Source of the DNA: Gemmatimonadales bacterium
GTDB taxonomy: Bacteria > Gemmatimonadota > Gemmatimonadetes > Gemmatimonadales > Gemmatimonadaceae
Assembly: GCA_038258695.1 (NCBI GenBank)
Contig: JBBSPO010000001.1
Location: 1 to 41,705 of the forward strand
Length of the DNA: 41,705 bases
Direction: 5' to 3'
The notes below the pieces were generated by a model. That model made no database searches and was not told the DNA's origin. It saw only the letters and a program-made list of their open reading frames with translations. The position numbers were made by a program, and so were the translations under genes. Every line of letters begins with the position of its first letter. Positions within the stretch are counted from its first letter, which is position 1. This document shows, one piece after another, positions 34,046 to 41,705 of this stretch.

Positions 34046-36853
34046 CTACCTGCTGACCAGATCAGACCCCTTGGCGCTCAGGAGGTTAACCAGCAATCGG
34101 GCAGCACCCGGCACGCCGACCGGTAGCTGTCGGAACAGCGCCAGTGATGTGTAGACGTAGACGCCATCGCCATATCGCGTAGCAAGAATGCCAGCGTTGT
34201 TGGGCACTTCATCCGGATCGTTCATTGCGATGAACGTCTGGTACCCCTTGAACTCACTCGGCATGTACAGCGCGCGTTCCTGCACCCACGCACTCCAATC
34301 CGCTTGAGTAATAACATTGGGCGTACGCAGCAATGCCGCACTGGCGTTGGTCACCGTGACTGGAGCGTTCTCGTTGGTGACACGGGCAGCGGGTCGCGTC
34401 AAGGTGATCGGATATGGCATGATGCCCGGCTCCTGCATTTCCGTCTGCCCGTACTGGACCAACACAGTGCCTCCCACCTCGGCAAACTCAAACAACAGCG
34501 CATTGAACTCTCGCAACGCATCGCTCACCTGATACGCGCGCGGACCAACCACGATCGCGCTGTATTGCGACAGATCGGTGCTGCCCAACCGCTCGGGCTC
34601 GAGCACATCGGTTGTGATGTCGAGCGCTCTGAGCGCCGCCACACCGTCGTCGCTCACCCCGGCGATGTAGCCCACTCGCGTTCCCGCGGGTACCTGAAGC
34701 GGAACCGCCGAGAGATACATGTTGGACACACCATAGCTGCGTTGCGGCGTGATGTGATCGTAGCTGATGGTGCTGTAGCCTGCCTGGGCCGGCTGGTCCA
34801 TGTGCATGGCAACCGCTTTGATCTCGTGCATGCCTTCAGGCAGCACACCGCGCAGTGTGAACGTGACGGCGAGCTGTTGCCCCGGTTGCAACTCGCGCAC
34901 ACGAACCGCCGAATCGGCCGTCAATCCCGGTGGCAAATCCAGCTGGATGGCCACCGTTTGCGGCGACGGATATTGCGACAGTACTTTCACGCGCAGCTGC
35001 CGTTCAATGCGCTCCGTCGCACGTGCGTATTCCACGCTGCGATCGAGTCCGATCGTGATTCCCGGGACCACGGCCACCGGAATCTGCTGGTCGCCCTTGA
35101 CCGGATCGGCAAACCGATTGACCACGGGCACGCGGATATGCACCGGCACATCGGCAATCAGCACACGCGCAATGGCTGCCAACTCAGTTTGCCGCTGCCG
35201 CTGGGCGTCGTCACGTGAATCGATGGCGGCACGAAAGTACGCTGCTTCCCGTCCACCGGCGCTCCACCACGGCATGGTGATAACCGGCGTGCGGGCCAAG
35301 CGTCGTGTTGTGATTGCGCTGTCCGGTAAGAGCACGGACGCTGCGCCGCTGGTATCGGGCGCGTTGAGGCCAACACCACTGAGCAGCAGCGCCTGTTGTC
35401 CGCGATTGTACACCGTCACACTCACACCCAGTGTATCGGGCGCCAGCGGTTTGGCCATTTCGGAGGCAGGCAGCAACTGGCGAGGCGCAGTGGCTTCGAC
35501 GGCCACACCCGCCGCGAGCGTGAGGGCCAGTGCGGCACGCTGTTCGGTGAGTGTGATGGCGTCCCACAGCGCGGGGTTGGCATGCGAATCGCGCAACGTG
35601 CCTTGCTCAATCGCATTGCCGCGCGCGTTGACGAGACTACCGGTAAAGCCGGGCTGCGCGGCGTACCAGAGCGGTGGTCGCGCACCGGCCGCATCGCGTG
35701 CCGCGCGCAGTTGGCGCAGTCCGGTTGCAAGCATCGGGATAGTCGCATCGGGCGCCGTTGCGCGGTAGGCGTCGCGCGCCGCCGCGAATGATCGGTCAGC
35801 ACTATCCATCAGCGCGACGACACGTGGATTGTCCGACTGCCGGGCAGTGGCACGCCACGTGGTATCGAGGCCATCGAACACCGACACTTCGTTCCGCGCG
35901 TTGGCTGGCGCATTGGCGCGTGTTGCTTCGCGGCGCACGTACGACCACTGCACACCGCGTCGCTCTATCGCACCAAAGCCCTGCGACTTGTGCTGACTGC
36001 GGCTTTCGGCCGCGATTTCGGCGTAGCTGCGTCCAAGCAACGGTGAGTATTCGCCCACATTCATGCGCGACGTCAGTTCATCCGGCGAAAACCGTGAACT
36101 GCGATAGAACTTGGGTGCCATCCACGGCAAGCCATGCGTGTGCACAGGAAACGCTATGGTGTCGCCCGCCTTATCGTACGCTTCTCGCGCCAGGATTCCG
36201 GCTACGCGATGATGGCCGTGGCCATCGCGCGGTGTGCCGGAAAACACCGACACAATCACATGCGGCCGGAACTCACGCACCACACGCACCACATCACCAA
36301 GCACCGTGTCTTTGGGCCAGGCGTTGAATGTCTCCTGTTCGTTCTTTGAAAAGCCGAAGTCAAAGGCACGGGTGAAAAACTGTCGTGCGCCGTCGAGGCG
36401 CCGCGCGGCCAACAGCTCTTCGGTACGAATGATGCCCAGCTGTGCACCAAGCTGATTGCCAATGAGATTCTGCCCGCCATCGCCGCGCGTCAGCGACAGA
36501 TACGCGGTCTCTACGTGACGACCGCGCGCGAGCCAGGCGAGCAGCGGGGTGTCTTCGTCATCGGGATGTGCGGCGATCATGAGGACGCGCGCTGTGGTGC
36601 CGAGTGATTGCAGCACGGCCCCGAGCGATGCAGCGCCGAGTGCGCCCGGTTGAATAACTGCGGCGAAAGGTTCACCCGGAGCAGGCGCCACGTTCGTACG
36701 CGGGGCACTGGTAATGGGTGTTCGATTGACGGGTGCGGGCTGCGACTGAAGCGTGGCGGGCTTATTGGCGATGCACAACACAAGCGCCGCGACAAATGCC
36801 GCGGCGCTGTGAGTTCGCACTAACCGGCACGCCCTGGAGGCGGCGTTTTTCAC
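34046..36853 (-). CDS. Large secreted PIG-L/LmbE-family deacetylase-domain protein (935 aa)
   Basis: I trimmed the track ORF (to 37084) to the GTG at 36853-36851, which overlaps the sucA TGA (GTGA). The signal-like N-terminus is KNAASRACRLVRTHSAAAFVAALVLCIA. The PIG-L motif is VLMIAAHPDDEDTPLLAWLARG...YLSLTRGDGGQN. The C-terminal region (YSAIVVGPRAYQV...GGTVLVQYGQ) resembles a glutamine-amidotransferase-like fold. Confidence 0.85.
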   Translation of the reverse strand: MKNAASRACRLVRTHSAAAFVAALVLCIANKPATLQSQPAPVNRTPITSAPRTNVAPAPGEPFAAVIQPGALGAASLGAVLQSLGTTARVLMIAAHPDDEDTPLLAWLARGRHVETAYLSLTRGDGGQNLIGNQLGAQLGIIRTEELLAARRLDGARQFFTRAFDFGFSKNEQETFNAWPKDTVLGDVVRVVREFRPHVIVSVFSGTPRDGHGHHRVAGILAREAYDKAGDTIAFPVHTHGLPWMAPKFYRSSRFSPDELTSRMNVGEYSPLLGRSYAEIAAESRSQHKSQGFGAIERRGVQWSYVRREATRANAPANARNEVSVFDGLDTTWRATARQSDNPRVVALMDSADRSFAAARDAYRATAPDATIPMLATGLRQLRAARDAAGARPPLWYAAQPGFTGSLVNARGNAIEQGTLRDSHANPALWDAITLTEQRAALALTLAAGVAVEATAPRQLLPASEMAKPLAPDTLGVSVTVYNRGQQALLLSGVGLNAPDTSGAASVLLPDSAITTRRLARTPVITMPWWSAGGREAAYFRAAIDSRDDAQRQRQTELAAIARVLIADVPVHIRVPVVNRFADPVKGDQQIPVAVVPGITIGLDRSVEYARATERIERQLRVKVLSQYPSPQTVAIQLDLPPGLTADSAVRVRELQPGQQLAVTFTLRGVLPEGMHEIKAVAMHMDQPAQAGYSTISYDHITPQRSYGVSNMYLSAVPLQVPAGTRVGYIAGVSDDGVAALRALDITTDVLEPERLGSTDLSQYSAIVVGPRAYQVSDALREFNALLFEFAEVGGTVLVQYGQTEMQEPGIMPYPITLTRPAARVTNENAPVTVTNASAALLRTPNVITQADWSAWVQERALYMPSEFKGYQTFIAMNDPDEVPNNAGILATRYGDGVYVYTSLALFRQLPVGVPGAARLLVNLLSAKGSDLVSR

Positions 36854-39639
36854 TGTGAAGCCCGCGCCTGCGCCATGCGCTCCGTCCCAACCTCGGTCAC
36901 GGAAAAAGCCGCGCTGACAATGCGCGCCTGCTCGACCGTATGCACCGCCGTGTAGCCTTCGGCCGGACTGGCCCGCTCCTGACGGCCAATGTATCGCACA
37001 CCGACGGCGGCACCGGCCGACACACGCAATCGCGGCTGCACAAACGTCCAGGCGCCCATGTTCTTGGGCTCTTCCTGCACCCACACCACTTCTTCAATGG
37101 CCGGATACAAATCCATTACGCGCTGGATCTCCGCGTGCGGCCACGGATACAGCTCTTCGACGCGAACGATCGCCACACCACCATGCCGCGCATCGTTGAG
37201 TGCAAGATCGTAGTACACCTTGCCCGTGCAGAACACGATACGTCGCACATCATCACGTCGCTGCGACGCGATGGGATCGTCAATAACCGGCTGGAACGCA
37301 CCGTTTGAGAGATCAGCGAGTTTGGACATCGCTTGCGGCAAACGTAGCATGGACTTGGGCTGCATGAGCACCAGCGGACGACGCATTTTGCGCAACGCCT
37401 GCCGACGCAGGATGTGGAAGTACTGCGCGGGCGTCGTGAGGTAACCCACTGACATGTTGCCTTCGGCAGCAGACTGCAGGAACCGCTCAAGACGCGCGCT
37501 TGAATGCTCTGGCCCCTGCCCTTCGTAGCCGTGCGGCAGCAACAGTGTGACTCCCGAATCCTGTCCCCACTTGGCACGATCAGCCATCATGAACTGGTCG
37601 ATGATGGGCTGTGCCACGTTCACAAAGTCACCAAACTGCGCTTCCCACAGCACCAGTGTATCTGGCGCCGCGGTGCTATAGCCGTACTCAAAGCCCAGTA
37701 CCGCCAGCTCCGACAGCGCCGAGTTATACACTTCAAACTGCGCCGACGCTCCGGGTAGATGCGCAAGCGGTGCGTATTTGCGTCCGGTTTCCACGTCGCT
37801 GAGCACCGCATGCCGGTGCGAGAACGTGCCGCGCTCGACATCCTGACCAGTAAGACGAATGGACACGCCGTCGCTGACCAACGACCCAAACGCCAGCGCT
37901 TCGGCGTGGCCCCAATCGATGCCGCCTTCTGGTCCCACGGCTTCGCGACGACGTTCAAGCTGCTTGGCCAGTCGTGGATGTGCCGTAAAGTCACTCGGCC
38001 AGCGCAGCAATGCATCGTTGATCGCGAGCAACCGTTCGGCCTGCACCGCGGTGTCCACTGTACGCGGTGTTTCCGTGTCTTCTTCGGGCCACGGCTGATG
38101 CGATTCCGCGCCTGCGAGTGACGCCTTGAACGCGGTGTGACGCGCCGCGTAGTCGCTCATAACCTGCTCTTCGACCTTCCGCGCTTCGTCGGCGCTGAAC
38201 ACACCTTCTTCGACCAGTCGCTGCGCCCATGCTCTGGGCACCGTGGGATGATCCTTGATGCGCTGATACAGCGACGGCTGCGTATAGGACGGTTCGTCGC
38301 CTTCGTTGTGCCCGTGACGACGGTAGCCCACCAGATCAATAAGTACGTCTTTGCGAAAGCGTGTGCGATACGCACAGGCAAGCCGCACAGCCATAATGCA
38401 CGCTTCCGCGTCGTCGCCATTCACATGAAAAATCGGGACTTCAAATCCCTTGGCCAGATCCGATGCGTAGTAGGTGCTGCGTGCGTCACTCGGATCGGTG
38501 GTAAAGCCAACCTGATTGTTCACGATCACGTGAATCGTGCCGCCAGTGCGGTAGGCGCTGAGCGCCGAGATGTTGAACGTTTCGGCAACCACACCTTCGC
38601 CGGGAAATGCCGCGTCGCCGTGAATACACACTGGCACCACTGACAACTCGTCCCGCGTACCAGGGGCGCTGCGCACACGTTGATGAGCGCGTGCGACACC
38701 TTCGAGCACCGGATTCACCACTTCGAGATGCGACGGATTGGGCACCAGTCGCAGCATCACATCGTGTCCGGCAATGCGGCGCTGTCCTTCAAAGCCAAGG
38801 TGATACTTCACATCGCCTGTTCCAGCTTCGCCGCCCGTCTGGTGTCGTCCTTCAAACTCGGCAAAAAGCGCTTCGTATGGCTTGCCCATCACATTGGTGA
38901 GCACATTCAGGCGCCCGCGATGCGCCATGCCAATCACGACCGCGCGTGCACCCGCCTGTGCGGACTCGGCGATGATCTCATCGAGAATCGGGACGAGCGA
39001 ATCGGTGCCTTCAATGGAAAAGCGCTTGTAGCCGTTGTACGCGCGTCCCAGAAAGCGCTCCAGTCCATCGACTTCACAGAGCCGTCTGTGGACCGCTTTT
39101 TTTTCGTCATCCGTGAGCGGGCGCACCAGATGGCCGGAACGGAACTGCGCGCGAAACCAGTTGCGCTCGTCATCATTCTCAATGTGCCAGACTTCCACGC
39201 CCATGCGCTTGGAATACACTTCACGCTTGCGCGCCACGACCTCTGAGGCCGTCATGTTGGCAAAGCGTTCGTCGTCGATCGCCATGCCGGGAATGTTGTG
39301 CAGGTCTTCTTCGGTGAGTCCATGGAACTCGGGCGTGAGTTCCACGGCACCACTGGGCTCGGAGCCCAGGGGATCGACCTTTACCGCCAGATGCCCGTAG
39401 TTGCGGATCGCCTGCACCAGCGATGACGCCGCCGCGACTTTACGCAGGTATGCAACGTCGGCCCTGCCGCCTCCCGCTGCGCCCGCCGCAGGGGCGCTCT
39501 GGCCACCGAACAGAGATTCGGCGGTGCGAAAATACTGGCGCCAACTTTCGTCAACGCTGTTGGGATCGGTACGGTAGCGTTCGAACTGTTCGGCGATTAC
39601 GCCGTCGTTGAACGCGCCGGTGTTTGGCTGTGCGCGCAT
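36850..39639 (-). CDS. sucA: 2-oxoglutarate dehydrogenase E1 component
   Basis: 929 aa. The N-terminus is NDGVIAEQFERYRTDPNSVDESWRQYF. The ThDP region is GMAHRGRLNVL...IHGDAAFPGEGVV...HNEGDEPSYTQP, and LLPHGYEGQGPEHSSARLERFLQ is also present. Confidence 0.95.
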   Translation of the reverse strand: MRAQPNTGAFNDGVIAEQFERYRTDPNSVDESWRQYFRTAESLFGGQSAPAAGAAGGGRADVAYLRKVAAASSLVQAIRNYGHLAVKVDPLGSEPSGAVELTPEFHGLTEEDLHNIPGMAIDDERFANMTASEVVARKREVYSKRMGVEVWHIENDDERNWFRAQFRSGHLVRPLTDDEKKAVHRRLCEVDGLERFLGRAYNGYKRFSIEGTDSLVPILDEIIAESAQAGARAVVIGMAHRGRLNVLTNVMGKPYEALFAEFEGRHQTGGEAGTGDVKYHLGFEGQRRIAGHDVMLRLVPNPSHLEVVNPVLEGVARAHQRVRSAPGTRDELSVVPVCIHGDAAFPGEGVVAETFNISALSAYRTGGTIHVIVNNQVGFTTDPSDARSTYYASDLAKGFEVPIFHVNGDDAEACIMAVRLACAYRTRFRKDVLIDLVGYRRHGHNEGDEPSYTQPSLYQRIKDHPTVPRAWAQRLVEEGVFSADEARKVEEQVMSDYAARHTAFKASLAGAESHQPWPEEDTETPRTVDTAVQAERLLAINDALLRWPSDFTAHPRLAKQLERRREAVGPEGGIDWGHAEALAFGSLVSDGVSIRLTGQDVERGTFSHRHAVLSDVETGRKYAPLAHLPGASAQFEVYNSALSELAVLGFEYGYSTAAPDTLVLWEAQFGDFVNVAQPIIDQFMMADRAKWGQDSGVTLLLPHGYEGQGPEHSSARLERFLQSAAEGNMSVGYLTTPAQYFHILRRQALRKMRRPLVLMQPKSMLRLPQAMSKLADLSNGAFQPVIDDPIASQRRDDVRRIVFCTGKVYYDLALNDARHGGVAIVRVEELYPWPHAEIQRVMDLYPAIEEVVWVQEEPKNMGAWTFVQPRLRVSAGAAVGVRYIGRQERASPAEGYTAVHTVEQARIVSAAFSVTEVGTERMAQARASQ

Positions 39640-39655
39640 AGTGCGACCAAATCTA

Positions 39656-39687
39656 ACGTTGCGTCAACGTGGTTGCGCGTAGCGCAA
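39656..39687 (-). promoter_or_regulatory. Two adjacent 6-bp-stem hairpins in the sucA 5' leader
   Basis: On the plus strand, ACGTTG-cgt-CAACGT spans 39656-39670 and TTGCGC-gta-GCGCAA spans 39673-39687. The two are 2 nt apart and lie 17-48 nt upstream of the sucA ATG at 39639. Confidence 0.3.
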
Positions 39688-39742
39688 GTCACACCAGCTG
39701 AACCGCGGGCATCGCTGCTCCGGCCGCCGCGAGACCGGTGCG

Positions 39743-41266
39743 CTAATATCCGACCGGCAGCACCAGCGAAAACGTCGATCCCGCGCCCGGACGGGACACC
39801 ACATCAATGTGGCCGCCGAGCAGCTCGGCCAGTCGGCGCGAGATGTAGAGACCAAGACCGGTGCCCGTGTGGCGACGCGCCGGACCGTCATCGAGCTGCG
39901 AGAACGGCTTGAACAGCCGCGCCAGATCGGCCGCGGCAATGCCAATGCCCGTGTCCTGTACGTCAAAGTGTACAGTTGGCTCGGCGTTCTCGCTGGTTGG
40001 CCGTCGCGATACTCTGATCGTCACCTCGCCCTGCGCGGTAAACTTGATCGCGTTGACGCTCAGGTTGAGCAGGATTTGTCGAACGCGATCTTCGTCAGTG
40101 TGAAGACTGGGCAGATCGGGCTCAATGTGAAATCGCAGCGCAATCCCTTTCTCGCGCGCCAGTGGCGACAGGAATGGATGCAGCGAGTCAACAATCTCGT
40201 CCACGCGCACCGGACCCAGGCGCGTAACCACTCGGTCGGCCTCGAGTGAGGCAAAGGTCAGGATTTCTTCAATGAGCGCACCCAAATGCCGGCCTACGGC
40301 GCGCAGATTGAGCAGCACATCGCGCTGCTCCGGGACCAGCGGCCCCAGAATTTCGTCTTCCAGCAGCTCGCCGTAGCCCTCAAGGGCAGCCATCGGTGTG
40401 CGCAGCTCGTGCGACAGCGTGGCCAGAAAGCTTGTCTTGGCGGCGTCGGCAGCGCGCGCTTCTTCGAGCAAGCGCGCCTTCCAGAGGCCCAGCGATGCGA
40501 GGTCGGCGACCGTGGACAGACGGGTTTCGTCCGCATCGTCAAAGACCGGTGTGTCAACGCGTCGCGTGACAATGAGCACGCCCAGAAACGCCTCGTGGGC
40601 AATGAGCGGCAGCACCAGCGTGGGGCCAACACCGCGCGCACCGAGCAACGATTCAAAAAACGGTGAGCTTTCGCGCATTGTCTCAACAGCAATGGCGCGC
40701 CGTTGCGCGACCACGCGCGCGGTGATGGATCCTGCCAGCGGGAATGCGGTGCCGCACAGCCCCGACACAATGCCGGCACAGGCGACAAACTTTCCACCGT
40801 CGGGCGTGACTTCGGCGACCATCGCGCCGCTGGAGCGACCCTGATCCATGGCCGCCTCACACAGCACGCGCAACACCGTGGGTGAGTCGGTACCACCGGC
40901 CAGACTGTGCGCGACCTGGCGAAACGCGTCGAGCTCACCAATACGTTCGGCAGGGATAGCGCGCGGGCGATGACCGTAGCGTGACGCGCGCTCCCACGGC
41001 TGGTCGGCGGGCGCAGTGGGTGTGCCCGGAACGAGGGGCAAGACCGGCGTGAAGGGCGCGAGTGGCGTTGCAGGCTTTGCGGGAGCGCCAGGCGTGACAG
41101 GCGTGACAGGCGGGACAGGCGTGACAGGCGGGTACCGCAAATCGGCCGGATACCCTGGCGGAGGCGCACCCGGATCGGGCCCGACGCGGGCGTCGGGCAG
41201 CGGGATCTCAAAGTCGCCAGAGCGGGATTGCGGCTCCTGGCCAGGCGTGCGGTCGGGTGTGCTCAC
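39743..41266 (-). CDS. Cytoplasmic GAF-domain sensor histidine kinase with a Pro-rich N-terminal tail
   Basis: The HisKA motif is FLATLSHELRTPMAALEGY. The HATPase motifs are NLSVNAIKFT, DTGIGIAAADLARLF and GTGLGLYISRRLAELLGG. A GAF-like region lies upstream and no TM helix is present. The start is uncertain: the maximal ORF (TTG at 41428) would overlap the divergent DUF2256 gene, and the N-terminal part has no ATG. GTG at 41266 is a guess. Confidence 0.75.
   Translation of the reverse strand: MSTPDRTPGQEPQSRSGDFEIPLPDARVGPDPGAPPPGYPADLRYPPVTPVPPVTPVTPGAPAKPATPLAPFTPVLPLVPGTPTAPADQPWERASRYGHRPRAIPAERIGELDAFRQVAHSLAGGTDSPTVLRVLCEAAMDQGRSSGAMVAEVTPDGGKFVACAGIVSGLCGTAFPLAGSITARVVAQRRAIAVETMRESSPFFESLLGARGVGPTLVLPLIAHEAFLGVLIVTRRVDTPVFDDADETRLSTVADLASLGLWKARLLEEARAADAAKTSFLATLSHELRTPMAALEGYGELLEDEILGPLVPEQRDVLLNLRAVGRHLGALIEEILTFASLEADRVVTRLGPVRVDEIVDSLHPFLSPLAREKGIALRFHIEPDLPSLHTDEDRVRQILLNLSVNAIKFTAQGEVTIRVSRRPTSENAEPTVHFDVQDTGIGIAAADLARLFKPFSQLDDGPARRHTGTGLGLYISRRLAELLGGHIDVVSRPGAGSTFSLVLPVGY
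41091..41135. repeat. 9-bp in-frame tandem repeat x5 inside the kinase gene
   Basis: The units are GGCGTGACA, GGCGTGACA, GGCGGGACA, GGCGTGACA, GGCGGGTAC. On the minus strand they encode PVTPVPPVTPVTP. Confidence 0.85.
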
Positions 41267-41386
41267 CCTAGGAGTGTGGCGGTTTGGGTGCCGGAAAGGA
41301 ATCCCCGGCGTCGAATGCGGCCAGCCATGTGACGGTGATGTCCATCCGGGAACCTGACGGTTCGCGCACGCGTCTTGTTGGACAAT

Positions 41387-41581
41387 ATGGGACGCAAACG
41401 ACACGCTACCGCGCCATCCCGCGCACAAACACCAAGCGAGCGACCAGCCAAGATCTGTGCGCGCTGTGGCAGGCCGTTTACGTGGCGCAAGAAGTGGGCG
41501 CGCGACTGGGAAACGGTGCGCTACTGTAGTGACAAGTGCCGGGGTGGGGGAAACGGGAAGGAAACAAAAACGGCCGTTTGA
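41387..41581 (+). CDS. DUF2256-family small zinc-ribbon-like protein
   Basis: [31 protein letters not shown] matches the C-x2-C...F-x-WRKKW...V-x-YCS-x2-CR signature of DUF2256 proteins. The ATG at 41387 is preferred over the TTG at 41375. Confidence 0.8.
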   Translation: MGRKRHATAPSRAQTPSERPAKICARCGRPFTWRKKWARDWETVRYCSDKCRGGGNGKETKTAV

Positions 41582-41614
41582 CCGCGTTCACGGAAACAGA
41601 AACGGCCGTGTTTG
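41561..41614. repeat. Direct repeat duplicating the 3' end of the DUF2256 gene
   Basis: GAAACAAAAACGGCCGTTTG (41561-41580, containing the stop codon) recurs as GAAACAGAAACGGCCGTGTTTG (41593-41614). The core AAACGGCCGTTT is itself palindromic. Confidence 0.8.
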
Positions 41615-41623
41615 GGCGGTCAC

Positions 41624-41657
41624 GGGGTCGGGGGAGGGGGGGGGGGTGGGGGTTTTT
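41624..41657. repeat. G-tract (G4-TC-G5-A-G11-T-G5) followed by T5
   Basis: Read directly from the sequence: GGGGTCGGGGGAGGGGGGGGGGGTGGGGGTTTTT. The four G-runs of at least 4 nt have 1-2 nt loops and include an 11-nt homopolymer. Confidence 0.9.
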
Positions 41658-41705
41658 GAGACCAGCCGGTGAACCGCAACCGGTGTTTTGTAAACCAACG
41701 CTGAA

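Noticed and set aside
1-41705. Scanned for mobile elements, prophage, toxin-antitoxin or defence-system genes, tRNA/rRNA genes and compositional islands
   Set aside because: I recognised none. Every large ORF is metabolic, transport, envelope or signalling, and no stretch looked clearly atypical in base composition by eye. I could not compute quantitative GC or codon statistics here.

Overview
GC-rich bacterial chromosomal window, densely coding, with about 31 credible CDSs. I saw no rRNA or tRNA genes, CRISPR arrays, transposases, integrases, phage genes or recognisable defence genes. The gene content is reminiscent of Gemmatimonadota-like bacteria: many carboxypeptidase-regulatory-like, Big_2, LVIVD and giant PIG-L envelope proteins. 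That is an impression only and needs a database search.

Recognisable core functions:
- Cytochrome bd oxidase (cydAB) followed by a NarL-type response regulator.
- De novo NAD synthesis (nadB-nadA-nadC), continuing into an uncharacterised gene, fumarylacetoacetase and a TonB-C protein.
- A BMP-family (nucleoside-type) ABC importer with a translationally coupled MFS pump.
- 2-oxoglutarate dehydrogenase E1 (sucA), coupled to a 935-aa PIG-L-family protein. This pair is bracketed by a GAF histidine kinase and an ANTAR response regulator.
- A long acyl-CoA dehydrogenase, an M28 peptidase and an ArnT/PMT-type glycosyltransferase.
- A truncated crcB at the left edge.

I found no clear-cut novel system. 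The most unexplained parts are:
- An orphan three-gene exported cassette at 5628-8268: a His/Cys-rich mini-protein, a beta-barrel, and a helical protein with repeated His motifs.
- A DUF305 (Met/His-rich insert) plus LVIVD propeller lipoprotein pair.
- An unassignable protein wedged between nadC and fahA.
- Several non-coding oddities: a 38-bp tandem triplication of the cydB 3' end, a duplicated 3' end of a DUF2256 gene followed by an 11-G-containing G-tract, phased 8-mer repeats in a divergent promoter, and a 9-bp in-frame repeat in the kinase.

The ORF track translates GTG and TTG starts as M, and many track ORFs carry spurious N-terminal extensions. I trimmed these by hand where start/stop overlaps or signal peptides made the start clear. 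The many long antisense or alternate-frame ORFs are GC-rich artefacts.
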